This document shows, piece by piece, positions 15,914 to 23,548 of a stretch of 38,120 bases of DNA. The notes under the pieces were generated by a model that was not told where the DNA came from, searched no databases, and saw only the letters and a list, made by a program, of their open reading frames with translations. The first letter of the stretch is position 1. Each line of letters begins with the position of its first letter. The stretch covers positions 1 to 38,120 of IMG/VR virus record IMGVR_UViG_3300003322_000327; one strand, written 5' to 3'. This DNA is from a virus. The position numbers and the translations under genes are program-made.

Positions 15914-16852
15914 TCACCCGAGCGCGGCTCGGAGCTTCTTCATCAACCGATCGGCTTGCGCCTGGTCGATCCGCATGTAGTCTCTCAGGTGCGCCATGTA
16001 CCGGTCGTAATCCCAGTCGTGGACTGCGTCCGAGTTGTCGACTCCGAGAAAGAGAGTGAAGCCAGGATCGTAGACGCCACGCGCCGCCGCCAGGAATGCC
16101 TTCACCTTCGGGTCCATCTTCGGATCGAGGGCTGCCAGCGCCTGGAGGTTGATTCTCACTTCGTTCTCGTGCTCGGGTGCGACCGAGAGCTCTGCCACTG
16201 CGTCCAGGCTGACGTTCACAGCCTGGAACTCTCCGTTCTCCTTGATCAGCTTGTTGCGCTTGCCGCGCGTGTGATGCTCGATCAGCTGGTGACCTCTGTT
16301 CTTCACCGCCGTCTTGCAGATGTTGAGGGCGTGCAGCTCCGACCTGTAGAACGGGAACTGCTTGCGCAGCGCGTAGATCGCGCCCTCGAACAACGTGTTC
16401 TCGATGTCTGTTCTCGGTTCTCCGAAATGGCGGGCGAGGAAGATGAGCTTCTTGCTCACGAACTTGCCCACATTGGTTCGCAGCTCAGCTGAGCTGATGG
16501 TAGCGACTTCCATGTTGTCGTAGTCGAACAGGGAGTACGGCTTGTAGATGGCCGGAATGTGGCTGAGATCGAGGCCTCGAAGCAGCGCCACGTCCTCTTG
16601 CATGATCCCGAACTTCGCAGGGCTGGTCGGCATGTTGCGCCCGCGGTTCCAATGCACCGCGTATGCGAACAGCTTGCAGTTCCTCAGCACGTACCCATGT
16701 CGTTCTACTCTGGCCCACACCCTCTTGGCCAGCTCCCGGTCGCCGATCTGTCGCCGGTACTCGAACTTGTCGATGGCCCGGAACAGATACTTGAACAGGA
16801 TCACCGCAACACGCTTGTGATCCTTACCCACGTCCAGAATTTCTTTCAACAC
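15914..16852 (-). CDS. putative divergent sigma-70-family RNA polymerase sigma factor (312 aa)
   Basis: PRTDIENTLFEGAIYALRKQFP...ICKTAVKNRGHQLIEHHTRGKR...VSLD resembles sigma region 2; C-terminal HLRDYMRIDQAQADRLMKKLRAAL resembles a degenerate region 4 HTH. The CDS is secure, the function is inferred. Confidence 0.55.
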   Translation of the reverse strand: MLKEILDVGKDHKRVAVILFKYLFRAIDKFEYRRQIGDRELAKRVWARVERHGYVLRNCKLFAYAVHWNRGRNMPTSPAKFGIMQEDVALLRGLDLSHIPAIYKPYSLFDYDNMEVATISSAELRTNVGKFVSKKLIFLARHFGEPRTDIENTLFEGAIYALRKQFPFYRSELHALNICKTAVKNRGHQLIEHHTRGKRNKLIKENGEFQAVNVSLDAVAELSVAPEHENEVRINLQALAALDPKMDPKVKAFLAAARGVYDPGFTLFLGVDNSDAVHDWDYDRYMAHLRDYMRIDQAQADRLMKKLRAALG

Positions 16853-16910
16853 TGGGTGTTCCTCTTCGTATTTTTGTTGGACTAGGGCCTGGGTTCTGCC
16901 AGGCGCCGGT

Positions 16911-17597
16911 TCAGAAGGACAGGATCTCGACCACAGAGGTGTGGCTCAGGCGCTTCTTCTTCACCTTGATCGTCGGGTCCTTCGGAGCATTGTCGATGGT
17001 CGGCGGCTCGTAGTTGTCCTCGTGCACCTTGGCCGTGATGTCGCGCTTGGTCTCGACCTTGGGGTCTTGGATGCGACCCTTGGCCCTCAGTTCGAGGAAC
17101 TTCGCGCTCCACTCCTTCGGCGTCAGCAGGGACTCGTCGTCCTGGAGGTAGGCGAAGAACGAACGGCCGCGGCCGTTGCGATCGGGGCTGCCACAGATTG
17201 CGATCTCGTTGCCGCTCGTGTAGCCGACCACGTAGCCGCTGAGGTAGTTGCTGATGTACTCGCGCCCCCGGTAGTTGATGTAGACCTTGGTTCCCATTTT
17301 CAGCTTGCGACCCATCGGCCGCTGCTGGATGATGCCGAGCAGGATCTGGCGCTGCTGTGGCGTCTTCTCCGCGATCAGAGTTGCGAGCTGGACGAACTCG
17401 TCGGTGTTCGTGATCACCTTCGTGTAGTCAGGCGTCCAGCACTTGGGAGCGACCGCGAACTGCCGGACGCCCAGCTTGGAGCACACATCATCGTAAGACC
17501 GATGCTTCGACTGCTTGAAATGAAGACAAGTTCCGCAGGTGCGGCGCTGCTCCAGACTTGCTTTCGTCGGCTGTGCGATACCATCCTTTTTCTTCAT
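16911..17597 (-). CDS. hypothetical protein with N-terminal Cys cluster (228 aa)
   Basis: Start MKKKDG at 17597 (SD GAAGGA); CGTC..F...C......C putative Zn site. Confidence 0.78.
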   Translation of the reverse strand: MKKKDGIAQPTKASLEQRRTCGTCLHFKQSKHRSYDDVCSKLGVRQFAVAPKCWTPDYTKVITNTDEFVQLATLIAEKTPQQRQILLGIIQQRPMGRKLKMGTKVYINYRGREYISNYLSGYVVGYTSGNEIAICGSPDRNGRGRSFFAYLQDDESLLTPKEWSAKFLELRAKGRIQDPKVETKRDITAKVHEDNYEPPTIDNAPKDPTIKVKKKRLSHTSVVEILSF

Positions 17598-17658
17598 ACG
17601 CTGATTCCTTCGTTTGACAGGCACGGGGACTCCTGCGGACGGAATCCCCATGGATCTC

Positions 17659-17686
17659 ATTCTATCACCGTCCCCATCGGGGACGG
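17659..17686 (-). promoter_or_regulatory. putative extended -10 promoter with abutting inverted repeat
   Basis: Minus strand TG-A-TAGAAT (-10 at 17659-17664) directly preceded by the perfect palindrome CCGTCCCC-GAT-GGGGACGG (17668-17686). Confidence 0.5.
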
Positions 17687-17724
17687 GGCCGATTTTGGGA
17701 CGGGGAAACCCCGATCTGAGGGGA

Positions 17725-18075
17725 TCAGGGGACGGAATTCAGGGTTTGCACGAGGCCCGAGGTGTTGACAGACTTCGGATCGATGCTAGAGCCCGGGTTG
17801 TGGGGCTTGATGATCGATTCCGTTGACTGCGACTCGATGTCTCGCCAGTGGCGTCTGGTGCCCGACACGTACCGGGCTTCAAGGATCGCCGTGTTCCGGT
17901 CGGCGATGACGAGCAGCGCCGCCTGTGCGTTCGTCACCTTGAGGTTCATCTGCGCGATCCAGCGCTGGACCGTCGCGTGGCTCTTCTGGAGGTCTTCGAT
18001 CGTGCCCGCCTTCTGGAGAAAGAAGTCGGTGTGCTCGAGCTTGCCACCAGTGCGAAGGTAGAGGGTGTATCTCAT
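17725..18075 (-). CDS. hypothetical protein (116 aa)
   Basis: Start MRYTLY at 18075 (ATGA overlap). Confidence 0.7.
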   Translation of the reverse strand: MRYTLYLRTGGKLEHTDFFLQKAGTIEDLQKSHATVQRWIAQMNLKVTNAQAALLVIADRNTAILEARYVSGTRRHWRDIESQSTESIIKPHNPGSSIDPKSVNTSGLVQTLNSVP

Positions 18076-18251
18076 TTGTGTCGCTTGGTCCACCAGTCCT
18101 TGACGACGGTGCCGATCATGTAGAGGATGCAGCCGAGAAACGAGGCTGCGACTAGGAGTGCGAGCAGAACGAAGTCGGAAGTCGACGGGCACAGGCCGTC
18201 GGTACCGGGTATCGGAGTGCCCGCAGAGCAGGCTGCCAGGACGGTTCCCAT
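18072..18251 (-). CDS. small membrane protein (59 aa)
   Basis: Start MGTVLA at 18251 (TGATG overlap, SD AAGGA); TM FVLLALLVAASFLGCILYMIG. Confidence 0.62.
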   Translation of the reverse strand: MGTVLAACSAGTPIPGTDGLCPSTSDFVLLALLVAASFLGCILYMIGTVVKDWWTKRHK

Positions 18252-18559
18252 CACTGTCCTTCGGGCCAGCGAACGAGGTCGCACTTGCCGGAGAAGGCGA
18301 GCCAGGCGCAGCGAAGCCTGAACCGGAAGCTCTCGATGCTGGCGTGCGGCCGACACGGAATCCAGGCACCGGGCTTCACCTGCGATTCGGTGGCCACCGT
18401 GCGCGCCTGCGCGAACAGCGAGGGCAGTGTCCAAAGGATTGGCACGTGTCGCTTGTGTGCCCAGTAGCGGAATAGGATCTTGAAGCAGAGCCAGAAGCCG
18501 ATGAGGTAGCACGCCGCGCGGGCGATCAGGATCGTGATGAGGAGCGCTTGCGTGGTCAT
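18251..18559 (-). CDS. membrane-anchored hypothetical protein (102 aa)
   Basis: ATGA coupling; N-terminal hydrophobic helix. Confidence 0.65.
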   Translation of the reverse strand: MTTQALLITILIARAACYLIGFWLCFKILFRYWAHKRHVPILWTLPSLFAQARTVATESQVKPGAWIPCRPHASIESFRFRLRCAWLAFSGKCDLVRWPEGQ

Positions 18560-18987
18560 GGCTGTGCCTTTCCTGGTGTGATAGCGGCTGCGACCTGTTC
18601 CTTGGTGACTGGATTCAGCTCCTGCTGGAGCGCAGCGTAGTAGGCTTGGAGAAGCTTCGGCGGAGCCCCCATGTACTTGAGGACCTGCGAGTCCTTGAGG
18701 ATCATCTCGTTGACTCCGAGTTCCGGCATGCAGCCGAGCATCGTACCGTACTTGACGAGGGTGATCTGGGTGCTCGTGTCTTCCTTGTTCGGAAACGCGA
18801 ACACCTCGTAGGGGCGCTCCAGGTGAGAGTACGCCATGTTCATCTGCGTCGAGGTCAGAGAGCCGATCAGGATCTGGCCGCCGAGCAGGTGAACGACGCT
18901 CACAAGGCTGACCTTGGATGGGCTGTTGAGCGGCGCATCTGAACTGGTGCTCAGGCCCCGGAGAGTCTTGGCATCGTGCTCAGCCAT
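18556..18987 (-). CDS. hypothetical protein, possible Sm-like fold (143 aa)
   Basis: Start MAEHDA at 18987 (SD AAGGAG). VVHLLGGQILIG...LERPY...MILKDSQVL...PKLLQAY resembles small Sm-like myophage proteins (tentative). Confidence 0.7.
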   Translation of the reverse strand: MAEHDAKTLRGLSTSSDAPLNSPSKVSLVSVVHLLGGQILIGSLTSTQMNMAYSHLERPYEVFAFPNKEDTSTQITLVKYGTMLGCMPELGVNEMILKDSQVLKYMGAPPKLLQAYYAALQQELNPVTKEQVAAAITPGKAQP

Positions 18988-19315
18988 TGAAGTCTCCTTC
19001 GGCCATGCGAGCCAGCCCCTTGCCGATGTTCTCCAGCGCAGACTCACGACCGGACTTAAAGCCGGCAGAGAACGCGACCGATGCATTGCGGATCATGCCC
19101 TGCACGACCTTGAAGCTCACGAGCTCGAAGAACTCGAGGGTGACTGGCGTGTTGCTCTTGAGGTTCACGGCCACTCTGAGCTTGGCCATTCCTTCGTCGT
19201 CACGACAGACCTGCACCTCCTTGATGTAGGACGTGTCCGACCTGGCGTACGCCTGCTTGATCTCGGCCGCAAGCGTCTCCGCTTGGTCGACCGTCATATT
19301 CCACTTGCCCCACAT
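18980..19315 (-). CDS. hypothetical protein (111 aa)
   Basis: ORF track; SD GAGGAG. Confidence 0.78.
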   Translation of the reverse strand: MWGKWNMTVDQAETLAAEIKQAYARSDTSYIKEVQVCRDDEGMAKLRVAVNLKSNTPVTLEFFELVSFKVVQGMIRNASVAFSAGFKSGRESALENIGKGLARMAEGDFNG

Positions 19316-19344
19316 GTGATGTACTCCTCGTAATGCTCAGACGG

Positions 19345-19381
19345 CAAAGGAGGTCGAACGAATTTACCCGAACGACCTCCT
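19345..19381 (-). terminator. probable intrinsic terminator
   Basis: Minus strand AGGAGGTCG...CGACCTCCT-TTG just after the HNH gene. Confidence 0.6.
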
Positions 19382-19390
19382 ATGCTTTCT

Positions 19391-19852
19391 TTACAGTTTG
19401 AAGTAATGCTTGTACAGAACTTTCAGCCCTGCCTTGAACAGGTCCTGCCTTGACCGACCCGTCGCTTCTTGTAGTCGAGCCATCATCTGAGTCTCGGCCT
19501 GATTCAGCTGCACCGAGTTGCGGAGCAACTTGTTCGGGTCATCAGCAGTCGCGCGCTCGAACTTGACGATGTGAAGCGCCAGGTACAGAAGCTTCTGCAT
19601 CGCGACCTTGGACTCGCCGTGCATCAGCGCCTGGTAGTTCTGCTTCGCATGCAGCTTCTGCGCGATCCGATGCGCGCCTGTATGGTGCGGCTCGCACAGA
19701 CTGACGAGCGGCCCCTCAGTGCCACCTGCGTTCTGCGGCCAGATGTGATGATCTTCTCGATGCGCTGGCCCTGGCGGAGTCGATGACTTGAATCTGACTC
19801 CGCAGACCCAGCACTTGTCTCCGACCAGGGTGTCACGCCCGAGGACCATCAC
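19391..19852 (-). CDS. HNH endonuclease with C-terminal RHH-like domain
   Basis: CWVCG...EDHHIWP..AGG....LVSLCEPHHTGAH is an HNH/Zn motif; NSVQLNQAETQMMARLQEATGRSRQDLFKAGL is a CopG-type RHH pattern. Confidence 0.78.
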   Translation of the reverse strand: MMVLGRDTLVGDKCWVCGVRFKSSTPPGPAHREDHHIWPQNAGGTEGPLVSLCEPHHTGAHRIAQKLHAKQNYQALMHGESKVAMQKLLYLALHIVKFERATADDPNKLLRNSVQLNQAETQMMARLQEATGRSRQDLFKAGLKVLYKHYFKL

Positions 19853-20385
19853 TCGATCCCTTCGTCCAGCTCGAGCAGCACTTGATCGGAGACGGCGCCG
19901 ATCTCCACGTAGTCCGTGTAGAAGTCGGAGTTGTCCGGCACCTGCGCCTCGTCACTCATCACCGTCTCGCCATGGAAGGTCAGGATCGGGCACGTGTCGA
20001 CCAGCTCGGTGCTGATGCTGTTGATCCAGGCCCGGATGGTGCGGCGTCGCAGCGGCGGGCACGTACCGAGGTTGAGGAAGGGCCGGAACAGCGGACGATC
20101 CCAGGCGTCGCCGATCTCGTCGTGCCGCTGCGCCATCTTCTTCGACGGGAAGAGCGGGATCAGGACGTTGCTGGCACCGATCGCCGAGTCGTACCAGACG
20201 TTCATCGAACCCGGCGCCGCATTGTACGCACGGGACTCCGCACGAGCACGGATCGCTGACATGCTCGATGCGATCTCGACCCGGAGGCTCATGAGGTCGA
20301 GCTCGAACGGACACTCACGGAAGATGTTCTCCAGAAACTGGAGAGTCGACTGGTCGGGGAAGACGATGAGGTGGTTGACGGACAT
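19849..20385 (-). CDS. hypothetical protein, possible inactive 2H phosphoesterase (Acb1/T4 gp57B-like) fold (178 aa)
   Basis: Block-wise similarity by eye to T4 gp57B/Acb1 (TLQFLE, GSMNVW, QRH, GDAWD...FRPFLNL), but both HxT motifs are replaced (RVE, FLN). The CDS is secure, the fold is inferred. Confidence 0.5.
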   Translation of the reverse strand: MSVNHLIVFPDQSTLQFLENIFRECPFELDLMSLRVEIASSMSAIRARAESRAYNAAPGSMNVWYDSAIGASNVLIPLFPSKKMAQRHDEIGDAWDRPLFRPFLNLGTCPPLRRRTIRAWINSISTELVDTCPILTFHGETVMSDEAQVPDNSDFYTDYVEIGAVSDQVLLELDEGIE

Positions 20386-20386
20386 G

Positions 20387-21493
20387 TCACTGCGCCTTGT
20401 AGCCGGGCCGCATCTGCGGCGGGATGAAAACGGGCTTCTGCGCTGGCGTCGCCTCGCTGGTCTCCGACGAAGAGCCGGCCAGGCCCCACTTCGGCACGTC
20501 GATGCGACCGCCAGGGAACGCGCGTGAGAAGCGGGAGACGTCGGCCGCGGTCATGACCCAGAACCAGGTCCCGCCCTTGAACGAGGTCGGGACGTCGGTG
20601 ATCATCGTGTAGACGAGCCCGGTCTTGGCTTCCATGAGTCGCATGACGTGCAGCGCTTCGTCGTGGGCCGTGCGCTCGCGGCGCTTCTCGACCTTGACGG
20701 GCTTGCCGCCCTTCTGCACTTGCTTCTTGATCTTGACCATGCGTCGCTTCATGGTCGTCTTCGGCGTCGTGCCGTCTTCCTCGAAGACCGTGTTGCCGTC
20801 TTCGTCCTTGAGCTCGACCTCGGTGTAGAGCATGCGCGGGTTGATACCGATGCACAGCTGCTTCTTGACGACCGTGTAGCCGCCGATGGTCCCGGCATGG
20901 AAGCCCAGGCGATCCAGCTTGGCGACGTCGATGTAGCCGACCTTGCTGAACTTCGACTCCTTGCTGTTTGTGGACGTGAACGCGACGGGCACACGCCTGA
21001 CCATGAACTCCTTGTCGCCGAAGGCGGGAATGTCGGCCAGGGCTTCACGCGCCTGACGAATCTCGGTCTCAGAGTCGTCGCCGGTGTTGGCGATCGCGGC
21101 CTCGTTCAGGCGCTTGAGCCGCGCTTCGGCCACGGCCTTCATCTCCTTGATCTCGGAGATGGCACGGACGCCGCTGAGGAGCACCAGGTCGCTCATCGTC
21201 ACCTTGTTGGCGATGATTCCTTCGCGCATCGACTGGAGCTCGTTGTCGATGACACGGAGCATGGAGCTGATGCCTTGCACCGGCTCCGGCTTGATCTTTT
21301 CCTCGATGTAGTCCCGCGCCGCCTTGATGAGCTTCAGCTGCTTCGGCTTGTCGGCCAGCGCCAGGTTGGCCAGATGCAGGTTCAGCTTTTGGAGCCGGAC
21401 CTCCGTGGCTTCGAGTCGCGTGATGCGAGTCTGGGTCGCGACGATGCGTGTCTGCGAATCGGACCCGTAGGCTTCTGCGTGTTGCGCGTTCAT
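20387..21493 (-). CDS. hypothetical protein (368 aa), N-terminal coiled coil
   Basis: ORF track; SD GAGGGA. Confidence 0.82.
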   Translation of the reverse strand: MNAQHAEAYGSDSQTRIVATQTRITRLEATEVRLQKLNLHLANLALADKPKQLKLIKAARDYIEEKIKPEPVQGISSMLRVIDNELQSMREGIIANKVTMSDLVLLSGVRAISEIKEMKAVAEARLKRLNEAAIANTGDDSETEIRQAREALADIPAFGDKEFMVRRVPVAFTSTNSKESKFSKVGYIDVAKLDRLGFHAGTIGGYTVVKKQLCIGINPRMLYTEVELKDEDGNTVFEEDGTTPKTTMKRRMVKIKKQVQKGGKPVKVEKRRERTAHDEALHVMRLMEAKTGLVYTMITDVPTSFKGGTWFWVMTAADVSRFSRAFPGGRIDVPKWGLAGSSSETSEATPAQKPVFIPPQMRPGYKAQ

Positions 21494-21514
21494 GCTTGTC
21501 CCTCGGTGAAATGA

Positions 21515-21542
21515 ATGAAGGGCGACCCTTGCGAGCCGCCCT
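21515..21542 (-). terminator. hairpin with GCAA tetraloop, probable terminator
   Basis: Minus strand AGGGCGGCTC-GCAA-GGGTCGCCCT-TCAT just after the H1-like gene. Confidence 0.6.
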
Positions 21543-21551
21543 CCGCCGACG

Positions 21552-21911
21552 TCAGATCAGGAAGCCGTCGTCGCTCTTGCTGGACTTCTTGGCGGCCTTG
21601 GCCGGCGCCGCCTTCGCACCCTTCTTGGCTGCGACCTTGGCTTGCTTGGCGTTCTTCACGACCTTGCCGGCCTTGGCCGCGACCTTCTTGGCGCCTTGCT
21701 TGGCGGCGACCTTCTTGGCGCGGGGAGCCGGCGCGTCGTCCTCGTCCTTGCTGGCGCGCGTCTTCTTCGCGACCGGGGCCTTCTTGCCGGCGGCCTTGGC
21801 TTTCAGCTTCTCGACCAGCGCGGTCAGCTTCGCGTTGACTCGCGTCAGTTTCGCGTTTTCGCGCACGGTCGCCGCGACGGCCTTGCCCAGATTCACTTGC
21901 GTGGTTGCCAT
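21552..21911 (-). CDS. histone H1-like Lys/Ala-rich DNA-binding protein (119 aa)
   Basis: Start MATTQV at 21911 (SD TAGGA); short coiled coil, then AKKVAAK/KKGAKAAPAKAAKK repeats. Confidence 0.8.
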   Translation of the reverse strand: MATTQVNLGKAVAATVRENAKLTRVNAKLTALVEKLKAKAAGKKAPVAKKTRASKDEDDAPAPRAKKVAAKQGAKKVAAKAGKVVKNAKQAKVAAKKGAKAAPAKAAKKSSKSDDGFLI

Positions 21912-21998
21912 GATGGAATTCCTATGTGATGAATGGCTGTGGATGACGTGCGCTGCTGTGAGTAGCGGCACACGATTCGGGAACCGTTCCCAAATTCG

Positions 21999-22009
21999 TA
22001 TTTACAGTC
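21999..22009 (-). promoter_or_regulatory. putative late promoter GACTGTAAATA
   Basis: Intergenic between gyrA and the H1-like gene; motif family of 7516 and 28488. Confidence 0.55.
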
Positions 22010-22033
22010 CGAGTCTGGACTGCGGTTCGCAGG

Positions 22034-23548
22034 TCAGGCGACCTGCATCTTGCGTTCCTTCGAGGCCTCGAAGGCTCGATCCTTCTCGATCGCCGCCAGC
22101 ACCTCCTTGGTGTCAGCGATGACCTTGAGCTTCGGCTTCGCGAGCCAGGTCTTGAGCTGCGCCAGATGCGCGAGTTGCTCCTTCAACGTCTGCTTGATCT
22201 TGGATTGATCGAGCTTGCTGATGTTGCGCAGCTTCAAGTCGAGGACCTGCTGCGCTTGCAACTGACTCAGCTTGAACTTGCGCTGCAGGTCTCGCTCCGG
22301 GTCCATCGACTGGCGAATCACCTTGATGATCGCGTCGGCGTTCTGGGCCACGAAGATCAGGAGCTTGGAGTACGCGATGGCTTCGCGCTGCTTCTTGATC
22401 TGGTACTCGAGGCTCTTGACCTCGAGCGCCAGCCGCGCCTTGATCCACTTGACGAAGAGCTCTGGCACCGTCAGAGTGTGGTACTCGGTGACGATGTCGA
22501 CCTTGCCGTCGGAGTAGACGGGCTTGCGCTCCGTGACGTTGATCTTGAAACTGCGGGGCACCAGCGTCCGCTTCTCGACCTCTGCAACGAGGCTATCAAA
22601 TTGTGCCAGGTTGATGCCGGGGTCGGCCTCGATGAGGACGCGGGTTGCCCCGCCGCTGATGGTGATGGAGTCGACGTGCTCGAAACCCTTGCCCTTCGCC
22701 TTCATGTCGCGGATCTTGTCGATGAAGGAGTTGGGGTCGGAGCCGACCGGCCAGTCATCGAGCTCGATGACCTTGTTGTTGCGGTCGACCTCCAGCTTGG
22801 CCTTGAACATGACCCGCGCTCTCGGTTCCTCGAACAGCTTGAGCCAGTTCTTCTTGTTGTCCTTGGTCTTGTAGACGTGCCCGCCGTTGCGGTTGTAGGA
22901 GACCAGGGTGTCTGCGAAGTCCTGGGCCCTCAGGACCTCACCCTTGAGCAGTCGGATGATGACCGTGGCGATGGACTCAGGCGTGAACGAGGGAAGCGTT
23001 GTCGAAGAGCCGGCGCCAACCCCGATGCCCTCGGCGCCCGTCATCAGCACGTTCGGCAACAGGGCCGGAAGCGTCACCGGCTCGACCGTCGTGTCGTCGT
23101 AGTTGGGAACGAACGACGTGACCTCGCGGTTGATGTACTGGGCACCGAAGAAGGTCTTGCCGTAGTTGCTGAGACGGCAGTTCGTGTACCGCATCGCCGC
23201 CGCAGGATCGACCAGCGATCCCCAGTTGCCCTTGCCCAGGATCGTCGGAACGTTGGATTGGACGACGGTCGTGATCGCGTCGGACACGGACTGGTCGCCG
23301 TGAGGATGGTAGCGGCCGATGACGTCACCGACGACTCGCGCCGTCTTCACGAACTCGAAGGGCAGGTTGTGGAGGGCCCATAGCGTGCGACGCTGCACCG
23401 GCTTGAGGCCGTCGAACAGGTCGGGGGTCGCGCGGTCGAGGTTGACCTTGTCCGCGTAGACCTGCATCTCACGTGCGCCGAAGACGGCGAGGTCTTCGTT
23501 CCTGACGATGCCGAACCCGCCGCTCCTCTGCTTGATCTTGGTTGCCAT
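22034..23548 (-). CDS. gyrA: type IIA DNA topoisomerase subunit A (GyrA/ParC-like, no beta-pinwheel CTD)
   Basis: DGLKPVQRR, YHPHGD, GNWG, AAMRYT (catalytic Tyr), GIGVG; only ~504 aa. ATG at 23548 overlaps the gyrB stop. Confidence 0.93.
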   Translation of the reverse strand: MATKIKQRSGGFGIVRNEDLAVFGAREMQVYADKVNLDRATPDLFDGLKPVQRRTLWALHNLPFEFVKTARVVGDVIGRYHPHGDQSVSDAITTVVQSNVPTILGKGNWGSLVDPAAAMRYTNCRLSNYGKTFFGAQYINREVTSFVPNYDDTTVEPVTLPALLPNVLMTGAEGIGVGAGSSTTLPSFTPESIATVIIRLLKGEVLRAQDFADTLVSYNRNGGHVYKTKDNKKNWLKLFEEPRARVMFKAKLEVDRNNKVIELDDWPVGSDPNSFIDKIRDMKAKGKGFEHVDSITISGGATRVLIEADPGINLAQFDSLVAEVEKRTLVPRSFKINVTERKPVYSDGKVDIVTEYHTLTVPELFVKWIKARLALEVKSLEYQIKKQREAIAYSKLLIFVAQNADAIIKVIRQSMDPERDLQRKFKLSQLQAQQVLDLKLRNISKLDQSKIKQTLKEQLAHLAQLKTWLAKPKLKVIADTKEVLAAIEKDRAFEASKERKMQVA

